NCBI GenBank assembly: GCA_017404145.1
Contig: JAFRCW010000030.1
Location: 1,051-65,050, forward strand
Length of the DNA stretch: 64,000 bases
Reading direction: 5' to 3'
From: Ruminococcus sp.
GTDB taxonomy: Bacteria; Bacillota; Clostridia; Oscillospirales; Acutalibacteraceae
Part shown: positions 38,080 through 47,673 of the stretch, piece by piece
How positions within the stretch are numbered: position 1 is the stretch's first letter
Layout of the letters: every line of letters begins with the position of its first letter
Translations under genes and position numbers: made by a program
The notes under the pieces: generated by a model
The model's database searches: none
Seen by the model: only the letters and a program-made list of their open reading frames with translations
What the model was told of the DNA's origin: nothing

Positions 38080-40572
38080 ATGAAAAGGATAGACATTATT
38101 AATAGAATCGGCGACAATTACCACATTGGAAATACTGAAACGGGTGAATTCAGCTATGTTCAAGCATTAAAAACTGTTGGAAAAGATATTAAGGACTATC
38201 AAAAAGGATCAACCGGCACAAATCATCAGTTTTTGGATATTAGGTTTGAGAATGAAAGATTGGCTATTCTTGTAGAATGTAAGAATAAATTCAGCAAATG
38301 GGATAAAACAAAAATCCAAAGCCAGTTACAAGACTATGTTCGTTATGAAAAAGCATATTCTGACAAGAAAATCGTTGCGATATTAGCTGAAACTGATGGT
38401 GATGATGTTTGGGTTTGGTATGGTCAATCTGTAATTATTGATGATGAACACCGAGTAGAAGATGAAAAGGTCCTTCGTCCTTTTGCTGACTACGAGAATC
38501 TGTGCTTTGGTAGAGTTAACGACAAAATCAAAGTTGTTGACTCAATAAAAACGCTTAACGAGAAACTTCATTCTGACGGCATTAATGAGAAGTTACGTAG
38601 CCAGTTTGTAGGGACTTGTCTTCTTGCGTTAAAGAACGGACTAGTATACAATGATGTAAAAGAAACTATTAATCCTTTAACTGGAAAGAAAATGTCACCG
38701 GAAAAAGTAATATTAAAGAGCATAAAGGACATCTTAGAAGGATTACTTACTCGTGGTGGAGATTTAAATAAAGCGGGAAAAATCGCTGTTTTAAACAATA
38801 AAGTATTAGGGGATCAAGATGTTAGAGACCTTACATATGAAGAATTAAAGGACGTTCTTTCTTTTATTGACGATTACGTTGTTCCGTATATTAATGACAA
38901 AAATACCGCAGGGCAAGATTTGCTAAACTTATTTTTTACAACATTCAACAAATATGTTGGAAAGTCTGATAAGAATCAGGCGTTTACTCCTGATCATATC
39001 TGTGATTTTATGAGTAAAGCAGTTGGTGTTAATAAGAATTCAAGAGTGTTGGATCCTTGCTGTGGAAGTGGTGCCTTCTTGGTTAGGGCAATGACTGACG
39101 CAATGGATGATTGTGATACCGAAGAAGAACGTGAGAAAGTAAAGAAGAATCAGATTTTTGGTATCGAATATGAGGAAGGAGCTTATGGCCTTTCTTCTAC
39201 CAATATGCTTATTCACGGCGATGGTAATTCAAATGTGGTACAAGATTCAATGTTTAAACGTGCAAAATGGATAGCAGATAATAATATAAACGTTGTATTA
39301 ATGAATCCACCTTATAATGCCACCAAAAAATGTTGTGACCCTCAGTATACAAAAAATTGGAGTGTGAACAAAAAAGAAGATCCATCAAAAGGTTTGCATT
39401 TTGTTGAATGGGTAGCGAAACAAGTACCCTCAACATGTAAAATGGCCGTCTTATTACCTATGCAAGCTGCTATTGGCAATCAAGGTGACACAGAGTTATT
39501 TAAAAAAAAGATGTTAGAAAAGTATACACTTGACGCAGTCTTTTCATTACCTGAGGATATGTTTTATCCTGGAGCATCAACTGTTGCATGTTGTATGATT
39601 TTTGATCTTTCTCAGAGACATGAAAGGTCAAATCGCGAAACCTTTTTTGGTTATTTTAAAGATGATAAGTTTGTAAAAAGAAAAGGGCTAGGTAGAGTAG
39701 AAAAAACAGATGATGAAGGTAGCAGTTTATGGACTCAAACAGAAGAAGTCTGGCTTGATTTATACAGAAATAGAAGAGAGCTTCCTGGCTTTTCGGTTAA
39801 GCACAAAGTAACCTATGAAGATGAGTGGCTTGCAGAAGCGTATATGGAAAAAGACTATTCTGGTTTATCAATATATGATTTCTATAATACTATTAACCTT
39901 TTCTTTTCCTATGTTATTGCAAAAGGATCAATTCATAACACTGACAAAAAATGGATGGATGAATATATTAGTTCTCTATATGGTGAAGTCAACAATAACG
40001 CAAAACAAAATAAGGCATTAGACCTTAATACCGGTGAATGGAAAGAATTTAGAATAGGATCCTTGTTTGATATATATCCTACAAAAGCATATAGTGGGAT
40101 GTCTTATAGAGACTTACACGATGGTGGAAATATTCCTGTAATCGCAAACAGTGCATTAAATAATGGAATCAAAGGTTTTTCAACTTTAGAACCAACCGAA
40201 AAAGGTGGCATAATAACATTTAGTGATACTACAGAAGACAACACGTTCTTTTATCAGCCAGAACCTTTTATCGGGTTTGCACACGTTCAAGGAATGCATG
40301 CAATATCACATGAATGGACAGAAAAACAATTACTGTTTTTAGTGACAATACTTACCTTTGCAAACGCAGATTTGTTTAACTACGGAAGAAAAATGCGTCG
40401 AGATACCATTTCAGACAGCTTTATCAAATTGCCTGCAAAAAAAGATGCTAATGGGTATGTTATTGATGATAATAAAACATTTTCAAATGACGGTTATATC
40501 CCAGATTGGGAATGGATGGAAGACTACATAAAATCCTTACCAAACAACGCTAAAAAGCAAGGTGATATGTAA
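38080..40572 (+). CDS. Single-chain restriction-modification-like enzyme (PD-ExK-like N-domain + N6-adenine methyltransferase + HsdS-type TRD); type IIG-like
   Basis: N-terminus has D...ExK (FLDIRFENERLAILVECKNK). Methylase motif I is VLDPCCGSGAFLV and motif IV is VVLMNPPYNA. The C-terminus (EWKEFRIGSLFDIYPTKAY...IPVIANSALNNGIKGF) is like a type I S-subunit target recognition domain. Confidence 0.6.
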   Translation: MKRIDIINRIGDNYHIGNTETGEFSYVQALKTVGKDIKDYQKGSTGTNHQFLDIRFENERLAILVECKNKFSKWDKTKIQSQLQDYVRYEKAYSDKKIVAILAETDGDDVWVWYGQSVIIDDEHRVEDEKVLRPFADYENLCFGRVNDKIKVVDSIKTLNEKLHSDGINEKLRSQFVGTCLLALKNGLVYNDVKETINPLTGKKMSPEKVILKSIKDILEGLLTRGGDLNKAGKIAVLNNKVLGDQDVRDLTYEELKDVLSFIDDYVVPYINDKNTAGQDLLNLFFTTFNKYVGKSDKNQAFTPDHICDFMSKAVGVNKNSRVLDPCCGSGAFLVRAMTDAMDDCDTEEEREKVKKNQIFGIEYEEGAYGLSSTNMLIHGDGNSNVVQDSMFKRAKWIADNNINVVLMNPPYNATKKCCDPQYTKNWSVNKKEDPSKGLHFVEWVAKQVPSTCKMAVLLPMQAAIGNQGDTELFKKKMLEKYTLDAVFSLPEDMFYPGASTVACCMIFDLSQRHERSNRETFFGYFKDDKFVKRKGLGRVEKTDDEGSSLWTQTEEVWLDLYRNRRELPGFSVKHKVTYEDEWLAEAYMEKDYSGLSIYDFYNTINLFFSYVIAKGSIHNTDKKWMDEYISSLYGEVNNNAKQNKALDLNTGEWKEFRIGSLFDIYPTKAYSGMSYRDLHDGGNIPVIANSALNNGIKGFSTLEPTEKGGIITFSDTTEDNTFFYQPEPFIGFAHVQGMHAISHEWTEKQLLFLVTILTFANADLFNYGRKMRRDTISDSFIKLPAKKDANGYVIDDNKTFSNDGYIPDWEWMEDYIKSLPNNAKKQGDM

Positions 40573-41822
40573 TGAAAATCAATTTAGTTGAAATCAAGAA
40601 TTTTAGAAAACTTTTAAGCTGTAGAATAGACTTTAGCGAAGAATCTACTGTTTTTGTGGGAGCAAATAACAGTGGAAAGACCTCTGCTATGCTCGCCTTA
40701 ATTAAGTTTTTAAAAAAGCGATCTATTGTATTAGATGACTTTACTATCTCCAATATTGCTTCAATTCAAAAACTGGGAGAAAAGTATGTTGATGAAGAGA
40801 CCCCTCATAGTCCATCTATTAGCGAATGGAGTGAACTGTGTCCTTTTTTAGATGTATGGCTCGATGTGAAAAGCGATGAGTTAAGATATGTCGCAAATAT
40901 TATACCAACGCTTTCATGGAGAGAGGGGAAAATAGGGATTCGTCTGGTTTTTGAGCCCGATAATGTTGAAACCTTATATAGAGCATATATTGATGCTTAT
41001 AATCTATCTAAAGAAAGATCTAATAAACAAGTTAAACTCTGGCCTGCTTCTTTACCTGACTTTTTACAAACGAAAATCTCATCTTTCTTTAAAATCAACG
41101 CTTATATTTTGGACGAAAGCAAACTCGTTTCTCCTCGCGGAGATAATACTGCGCAACCACAAGAGACACCTTATCATTCTTCTCCGTTGAATTTTGACCC
41201 TTTCAAAAAGTTAATAAGAATCGATACCATTTCCGCTCAGAGATGGCTTGATGATTCAGACAGTGATTCGTCTGAAAAGACTAAAGATAACAGTCTTCTT
41301 TCACAGCAACTTCGAGATTATTATGATAGGCAGTTGGATCCTGAGCGAAAGCCTTCCGCCTCTGACATAAAAGCGCTAAAAGAAGTACAAAAAGCAAAAG
41401 ATGTCTTTGACACCCAGATTACCAAACGGTTTCAATCTGCAATGAATGAACTATCTACCTTTGGGTATCCGGGTAAACGAAATCCAAAAATAATAATTGA
41501 ATCCAGAATGCAAACAAGCGATATTTTGACCCACAGTACTTTGGTAAAATATCCTATTTACAATGACGGAACAGATGATTATAAATTATCAGAAAAATAC
41601 AATGGATTAGGGTATCAGAACTTGATATCTATGTCCTTCAGATTAATGAGTTTTCGTGATTCCTGGATTAATGGAGATAAAAGAAAGCCAGATGATGAAA
41701 CAATTGAAATGATTCCTCCTATTCATTTAGTGTTGATCGAAGAACCTGAAGCACATTTACACGTTCAAGTTCAGCAAGTGTTTATTAAAAACGCATACAA
41801 AATTCTTAGAAATAACTCTTAA
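40572..41822 (+). CDS. OLD-family/ABC-type ATPase, N-terminal portion (ends at an in-frame TAA)
   Basis: Walker A GANNSGKTS, Walker B-like HLVLIEEPEAHLH. Its ATG overlaps the stop of the upstream gene (TAATG). Confidence 0.7.
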   Translation: MKINLVEIKNFRKLLSCRIDFSEESTVFVGANNSGKTSAMLALIKFLKKRSIVLDDFTISNIASIQKLGEKYVDEETPHSPSISEWSELCPFLDVWLDVKSDELRYVANIIPTLSWREGKIGIRLVFEPDNVETLYRAYIDAYNLSKERSNKQVKLWPASLPDFLQTKISSFFKINAYILDESKLVSPRGDNTAQPQETPYHSSPLNFDPFKKLIRIDTISAQRWLDDSDSDSSEKTKDNSLLSQQLRDYYDRQLDPERKPSASDIKALKEVQKAKDVFDTQITKRFQSAMNELSTFGYPGKRNPKIIIESRMQTSDILTHSTLVKYPIYNDGTDDYKLSEKYNGLGYQNLISMSFRLMSFRDSWINGDKRKPDDETIEMIPPIHLVLIEEPEAHLHVQVQQVFIKNAYKILRNNS

Positions 41823-41852
41823 CTAAAAGGCAATAGTCCGTATACAACACAG

Positions 41853-42788
41853 ATGGTAGTATCTACACATTCTAGTACTATTGCTCTCGAATCATCATTT
41901 ATTAATTTGAGATATTTTAGAAGAACAAAAAGTGAGAATGGTCTTCCAATATCAAATGTAGTAAATCTTTCAGATGTATTTGGAGTGTCAAATAATACCA
42001 CAAGATTTGTAACGAGATATTTAAAAACGACACATTGTGATTTATTCTTTGCGGATGCAGCTATTCTAATTGAGGGGGCAGCCGAAAGAATATTTATGCC
42101 GTATTTTATTAAAAGATATGAACAACTAGGGGAGTCATATCTTTCTGTATTAGAGATAGGAGGACGGTATGCTCACTATTTCAAGCCGCTAATCGATGTG
42201 TTGGGTATAACTTGTTTGGTTATTACAGATTTGGATTGTTCTCATAAGAAAGGAAACAATAGAACTGCGTCAATTCAACCTCAAAGAGGACAAGGATACT
42301 TTTCATCAAATCCGACAATAAAGAATTGGATTATTCAGAATGAAGATCTGGATTGTTTACTTGACTTAAGCTTTGAACACAAGGAAGAAACTAATCTGAA
42401 TACTCCTAATGCGAAAACGAGGATTGCGTATCAAACCCCCATAAAAATCACTCTTTCCAATGGGGCTGAGAACGAGTTTATTCCAACCACATTTGAGGAT
42501 TCCTTGGCTTATTCCAATTTTGAATCCTTCAAAAAAATGCGAAAAACTGGCTTAATAAATAAAATAAAAAAAGCATTCAATGAAACAGATGCTACAACAA
42601 TTGCAAAGAAAACATATGAGGCAATAAAAGCAAAAGGTGTTGATAAAGCAGAATTTGCCTTAGATCTGATTTTTTATAAAAATCCAGAAGATATTGTTAC
42701 ACCAAATTACATAGATGAGGGATTGAATTGGCTGCAAGAAGAGTTGAAATCGAAAGATTCTAGCGATTTCTTGGAAAAGGAGGTGTAA
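41853..42788 (+). CDS. OLD-family C-terminal portion: ATPase H-loop plus TOPRIM nuclease domain
   Basis: Same frame as 40572-41822. QMVVSTHSS (ABC H-loop), TOPRIM ILIEGAAE ... VITDLD. Confidence 0.65.
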   Translation: MVVSTHSSTIALESSFINLRYFRRTKSENGLPISNVVNLSDVFGVSNNTTRFVTRYLKTTHCDLFFADAAILIEGAAERIFMPYFIKRYEQLGESYLSVLEIGGRYAHYFKPLIDVLGITCLVITDLDCSHKKGNNRTASIQPQRGQGYFSSNPTIKNWIIQNEDLDCLLDLSFEHKEETNLNTPNAKTRIAYQTPIKITLSNGAENEFIPTTFEDSLAYSNFESFKKMRKTGLINKIKKAFNETDATTIAKKTYEAIKAKGVDKAEFALDLIFYKNPEDIVTPNYIDEGLNWLQEELKSKDSSDFLEKEV

Positions 42789-42791
42789 ATA

Positions 42792-44651
42792 TTGGAAACT
42801 GTGCCTGTAATAACGGATGATAATAGGGATGATACAGCGGATGAAATAATCGACAATTGTCTAAGTATAAATAAACCCAAAAGCTTTTTTATGTTTGCCG
42901 GTGCGGGAAGTGGAAAAACACGCAGTTTAGTAAAAGCACTAAATAGCATAAAAACTAAGATTGGAACAACCCTTTTACAAAGTGGAAGAAAAGTGGCTGT
43001 TATCACATATACTAATGCGGCAAGTGAAGAAATCAAGCAAAGAGCTCAATACAATCCCCTTTTTGAAATATCAACTATTCATAGCTTTTCATGGTCATTA
43101 ATATCGGCTTACACTAATGATATTCGAGATTGGCTAAAAGCAAAACTTGAAAAAAGAATTGATGAGTTAACACAACAGCAGTCAAAAAGTAGAAGTAAAA
43201 CGACAAAAACCTATTTAGAACGCGCTGAAAAGATCGTTAAGCGTACGGAAAGACTTCGTTACTTAGATACTGTAAAACGATTTATCTACAATCCAGATGG
43301 ACTAAACCTTGAAGCTAATTCTTTGGATCATGCGGAAGTAATTCAAATAACTGCTGATTTTTTGACATCGAAGCCAACCTTCAAAGCTGTTTTTATAGAT
43401 AAGTATCCTATTGTTTTGATTGACGAAAGCCAAGATACAAAGAAAGAACTTATATCAGTTTTGTTTAGCGTACAGCAAGAATACAAAGATAGATTTTTGC
43501 TTGGTTTGTTTGGGGATACGATGCAGCGAATCTATTTAGATGGAAAAGAAGACTTAGCTGAATCAATTCCTGATGACTGGGAAAAGCCCTGCAAAGTTAT
43601 GAATCACCGCAGCCAAAAAAGAATAGTAGACTTGTGCAATGACATTAGAAAAGATGCTGACGGTATTCAACAATGCTCCAGGACAGATAAACCTAACGGA
43701 ATTGTTCGAGTATTTATTACAGATAACGAGGATGCTTTTGCCTGTGAACAAATTGCCAGAAATAGAATGAGCAGAATAACTGGTGATAATGATTGGGAAG
43801 ATATCGAAAAGATAAAGAGCTTGACAATTGAACATAAAATGGCTGCTTCACGTTTGGGATTTAAATCATTTTTTGATTATATGAATAATGTGAATTCATA
43901 TAAACAAGGATTAGTAAAAGGAGATTTATCAGTAATAAGCCTTTTTACACATATTCTTATCCCTTTACAAGATGCTTATTATTCTGACAATCAATTTGAA
44001 ATTATGAGAATCATAAGAGAGCATTCTATAGATTTTGATCGTCATAAAGATTCATTAACCTCTGGTGTTATTGAATCGCTAAAGCAGTCTGTCGAAGAGT
44101 TGCTCTCCCTATTAAGCAATGAACATAGTACATGTAGAGATTTACTTAATATAGTGTATGAAAAAAGACTTTTTCAACTGCACAAGGATTTGCTTAGGTT
44201 ATTAGAGGATTTCCCATCCGAAGATGATAATGAATATGATAAATACATTAATCTAAAAAAAGCTCTAGATTCTGAGTTCATTGAGATTAAGAGATACTAT
44301 ACCTATGTCCAAGGAAAAGCAAGCTTTGATACACATCAAGGTGTAAAAGGACTAGAATTTGATCGTGTAATGGTTATTATTGATGATAAAGAATCAAAGG
44401 GAACTACATTTAGTTATAACAGACTATTTGGAGTAGAAGATAAAACAGAGAGAGACAGAAAGAACGAAAGAGAAGGTAGAGAAACCTCGGTGGATCGTAC
44501 GCGTAGATTGTTATATGTTACTTGTAGTCGAGCAAAAGAAAGCTTAGCAATAGTGTACTATACTCCGTCAATTGATGACACCTATAAAGCGATACTTTCT
44601 ACAGATTGGTTTACAGAAGAAGAAATAGAAGCATTAAGGGCAGAGGTTTGA
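42792..44651 (+). CDS. UvrD/PcrA/Rep-like superfamily-1 helicase (GajB-like)
   Basis: Walker A FAGAGSGKT, DExx VLIDESQDT, C-terminal GVKGLEFDRVMVI and LLYVTCSRAKESL. TTG start 8 nt after AAGGAGG. Confidence 0.8.
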   Translation: METVPVITDDNRDDTADEIIDNCLSINKPKSFFMFAGAGSGKTRSLVKALNSIKTKIGTTLLQSGRKVAVITYTNAASEEIKQRAQYNPLFEISTIHSFSWSLISAYTNDIRDWLKAKLEKRIDELTQQQSKSRSKTTKTYLERAEKIVKRTERLRYLDTVKRFIYNPDGLNLEANSLDHAEVIQITADFLTSKPTFKAVFIDKYPIVLIDESQDTKKELISVLFSVQQEYKDRFLLGLFGDTMQRIYLDGKEDLAESIPDDWEKPCKVMNHRSQKRIVDLCNDIRKDADGIQQCSRTDKPNGIVRVFITDNEDAFACEQIARNRMSRITGDNDWEDIEKIKSLTIEHKMAASRLGFKSFFDYMNNVNSYKQGLVKGDLSVISLFTHILIPLQDAYYSDNQFEIMRIIREHSIDFDRHKDSLTSGVIESLKQSVEELLSLLSNEHSTCRDLLNIVYEKRLFQLHKDLLRLLEDFPSEDDNEYDKYINLKKALDSEFIEIKRYYTYVQGKASFDTHQGVKGLEFDRVMVIIDDKESKGTTFSYNRLFGVEDKTERDRKNEREGRETSVDRTRRLLYVTCSRAKESLAIVYYTPSIDDTYKAILSTDWFTEEEIEALRAEV

Positions 44652-44728
44652 TCCTCTGCCCTTGCACATGCAGTAATTCATGTCCTTCTTTCAAATTACG
44701 ATTAAGACAATAAAAACAGGCGAAATAA

Positions 44729-45883
44729 TCAACGCTTGTTATATGTGTTTAATCCCTTTGTTTCTTTCGCTTGTCCTATTAGACTATTGAGCTTGGCTTT
44801 TCCGAGAGATTTTTCCAGTAGCCGATAGGATTTGTTTTGCTCGCGGAGCAGGGTGTTGGTCTCTTGGAGTTGAGTGTTTTTATATTTGAGGTGGCTGTTC
44901 TCTTGGGCAAGTTGATCGTACAGCCTGCGGAGATGGTAGTAGTTATCCCAGCCCTCAACGCTTTTAGCAATTACCGTTTTAATGAGGGATTTCAGACGTC
45001 TGATTAGCGGCTCTACGATCTTTTGCTTATAGCTTTTGGCAGACATCAGGGGCTGCGGCTCCGGCAGTTGGAGCTTTGGGCTGGCGGTGAGTTCGCGCTC
45101 GATGTGATCGAGAGAGACCTTTGCTTCTTTGACCTTTCCGACCGTCGCTTTCAGTTCTTTGATCTCCATTTGCTTATCTTCGATCTGCCGTTCGAGCTTG
45201 GCAACCTCTTTGGCTCGCTCCTGCTTTTTGAAGTCGAGGACGGATAGGTGCTGCTCATGGGTGCCTTTCTGCTCCCACTCGATACCGTGCCGTTCCATGA
45301 TTTGTGCAAGCACTTTCTTTTCGGAGAGGATCCAGCGGTTCAGCTCGTTGTCATCCCTGCCCTGTCCTTCAAAGCCTTGATGGAGCAAAGCTTTTTTGAG
45401 AGATACACGCGTTTCCAATCCGCGCTTACTGCCGGTTGTGAACGGGATAAAGTCGATATGGAGATGCGGCGTCGCTTCATCCATATGAAGGTGAGCGGAG
45501 AACACTCGGAGATACGGATTTCGTTTTTGGAAACCCTGATAGTATTCATCGAGGATCGTCCTTGCCAGCTCAGCTTGGCTGCCGGTCGCTGACATATCTT
45601 CCTTGTTTCCGATTTGAAAGATGACCTCATGGAATGGCTTTTCCTGCTTGCCGGTGCGGATTTTTTCATAGTAGTTGGGGATCACGCGATCCTTGCGTTT
45701 TTGCTTTGCGTTATATTTCGCCAGCGCATCATCGAACATTTCATGATACACTTTCTTGATTGGCTCATTGCAATAATCAATGTTGAGGTGGGTACGCTCG
45801 CTGTCCACGTTCTCCGTCGTGAAGCTGCGGCTGTTGTGTGTTACGGAGCCTTTACCCACCATAGCGCTTATCGTTCTTTTCAA
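44729..45883 (-). CDS. MobV-family (Pre/Mob) relaxase
   Basis: HLHMDEATPHLHIDFIPF histidine motif and a coiled-coil C-terminus. 384 aa, colinear with 60258-61412. Confidence 0.85.
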   Translation of the reverse strand: MKRTISAMVGKGSVTHNSRSFTTENVDSERTHLNIDYCNEPIKKVYHEMFDDALAKYNAKQKRKDRVIPNYYEKIRTGKQEKPFHEVIFQIGNKEDMSATGSQAELARTILDEYYQGFQKRNPYLRVFSAHLHMDEATPHLHIDFIPFTTGSKRGLETRVSLKKALLHQGFEGQGRDDNELNRWILSEKKVLAQIMERHGIEWEQKGTHEQHLSVLDFKKQERAKEVAKLERQIEDKQMEIKELKATVGKVKEAKVSLDHIERELTASPKLQLPEPQPLMSAKSYKQKIVEPLIRRLKSLIKTVIAKSVEGWDNYYHLRRLYDQLAQENSHLKYKNTQLQETNTLLREQNKSYRLLEKSLGKAKLNSLIGQAKETKGLNTYNKR

Positions 45884-45944
45884 GTATCTACCTCAGATCT
45901 AATTTATAGTATTGTAATGTTTGATTTTGTACTAATTTGGTTCT

Positions 45945-46090
45945 GTTACTCTTGTCAAGAGTAACGCAAAAGCACTTTTGACGGCGGTACCATCAAAAAT
46001 GCGACCGGCGAGCCGGTTTTGCGCCCGCTGGGAGGCAGGGCAGTCCTTTGAAAAGGACTCCCTGCACCCCGTCTAAACTTTGGTTGCGTG
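45945..46090 (-). promoter_or_regulatory. Candidate oriT / structured region upstream of mob
   Basis: Palindrome GTTACTCTTG-T-CAAGAGTAAC (45945-45965) plus two hairpins. Conserved with 61466-61610, with compensatory changes. Confidence 0.55.
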
Positions 46091-47278
46091 TCAATCCGTG
46101 TCAACTGTGTCGGTGCTTAGCACACCCCCACATATGCTGTCACAGGTGTCACGCTTTGACACGCCGCCCATATAGGTCAGCGTGATCTTGCGTCCGTCAT
46201 GCGTCCGCCTGTAGTGATAGGCTATCTTGTATTCATCCATTAATCGGCTGACGTTGACATTCAGTTTTTGCGTGATTGCGTTTGACTTGATGTCAAAGCT
46301 AAGATATTCACATAGCTCTGTCGGTGTTCCACACCATTGAGGATTATCAGTATTTATTCGCTCGGCAATTCTTTCAAGCAACGGCTCCGGTGGTGCTTTC
46401 CAAAGTTCTGTTTCAACTTTGTCCAACACCCAAACAAGTCTTTCAACGTCTCTTTTGAGGAATAGTCGCTGATCTTGTTGATCACGTGCAGAAACATCCA
46501 GAGTTGCGCTGTTGGAGGTGCGCCTGTCCTTTGTAAGAAGGAAGGCACCATCTGCAGCACCGAGTAGGCCGTTGGTTCCGGAGATCATATCGAACTTGTC
46601 GTCGGCGTTTTGCTTTCTGGTATGGTGTACCAGCAGCAAACAAATACCGTGCCTTGAAGCAAGACCTTTCATCGCGGCGATGATTTGGTAATCACTTGCG
46701 TAGCTGTAATTATCGCCGCCTGCTTCACGTACCTTTTGCAAGGTATCAATGATAATTAGAGAAGTATCAGGATATTCTCTAACGAAAATATCTACTTGTT
46801 TGTCGAGCCCTTTACTGATACAATCAGCAGAAACCGCAAAGAAAAGGTTTTCGTTTTCTGCTGTACCGAACATCCGGTACAACCGCTTCTGCAAGCGTGC
46901 GTAATCATCCTCTAATGCTAAGTAAAGCACCGTGCCTTTTCGGACAGGGTAATCCCACAGTTGCGTTCCTGAACTGACATGGTAAGCGAGCTGAGCCATA
47001 AAAAAGCTTTTCCCGATCTTTGGGGCGCCTACAAAGAGATAAATGCCCCGATAGAGCAAGCCGTCGATGACCGGCGGCTTACCCTGATAGGCGTTGTCGA
47101 ACAACTCCGACATGGTAACGGTTTTGAAGCCCGGCTTGTCCGACAGATCCCAATGAAAATTTTTCTTGCAATCGTCAGACAAGTCTGATATACTGTTTTC
47201 ACAGGATTTTTGAAGTGACTGCCTTTCATCTGTTGCCGCAGATGATTTGAGGGCAGTCATTTCCTTTTTGTCGGTCAT
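46091..47278 (-). CDS. AAA_25/RepA-like ATPase (TnpY-like)
   Basis: Walker A VGAPKIGKSF, LALEDD, Walker B LIIIDTLQ, HHTRK. Confidence 0.75.
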   Translation of the reverse strand: MTDKKEMTALKSSAATDERQSLQKSCENSISDLSDDCKKNFHWDLSDKPGFKTVTMSELFDNAYQGKPPVIDGLLYRGIYLFVGAPKIGKSFFMAQLAYHVSSGTQLWDYPVRKGTVLYLALEDDYARLQKRLYRMFGTAENENLFFAVSADCISKGLDKQVDIFVREYPDTSLIIIDTLQKVREAGGDNYSYASDYQIIAAMKGLASRHGICLLLVHHTRKQNADDKFDMISGTNGLLGAADGAFLLTKDRRTSNSATLDVSARDQQDQRLFLKRDVERLVWVLDKVETELWKAPPEPLLERIAERINTDNPQWCGTPTELCEYLSFDIKSNAITQKLNVNVSRLMDEYKIAYHYRRTHDGRKITLTYMGGVSKRDTCDSICGGVLSTDTVDTD

Positions 47279-47472
47279 TCCTCACCTCCGTTTTCCATTT
47301 GAAGACCGTAGAATTTTTCGTTGAAGTAGCGAAGCGGACATTTGCCTGAGACGGTGATGTACCCTTTGCTTTTGAGCTCCCTGTTCAGGGACTGGACGAT
47401 TTGGTACGCCTTGCTGCGGCTGACGCCGACGACTTGCTGTACCTCTTCTGCTGTGATGAATTGTGCCTTCAT
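47275..47472 (-). CDS. Excisionase-type HTH DNA-binding protein
   Basis: FITAEEVQQVVGVSRSKAYQIVQSLNRELKSKGY. 65 aa, with a 4-nt overlap with the ATPase gene. Confidence 0.6.
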   Translation of the reverse strand: MKAQFITAEEVQQVVGVSRSKAYQIVQSLNRELKSKGYITVSGKCPLRYFNEKFYGLQMENGGEE

Positions 47473-47673
47473 TTCCTTTTCTCCTTTTTTATGTATTCTG
47501 TACTAAAAATACGGATAGTGTGGGTCTATCCACGAAAAATGTATTTTTAATACATTTTATATTATACGCACAAATTATTCGTTTGTCAACTGTTGCTCCA
47601 AAGAATCGTTCGACAAAAATGTACTTGAAATGCGCTTATATTTATGTTATGATAGTATCGAGGTGAACAGATA

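Noticed and set aside
41820-41822. Programmed readthrough or recoding of the TAA in the OLD gene
   Set aside because: TAA is not a selenocysteine or pyrrolysine codon, and no downstream recoding structure is visible. A nonsense mutation, a sequencing error or a genuine split are more parsimonious. This is kept as a finding, not as a recoding claim.
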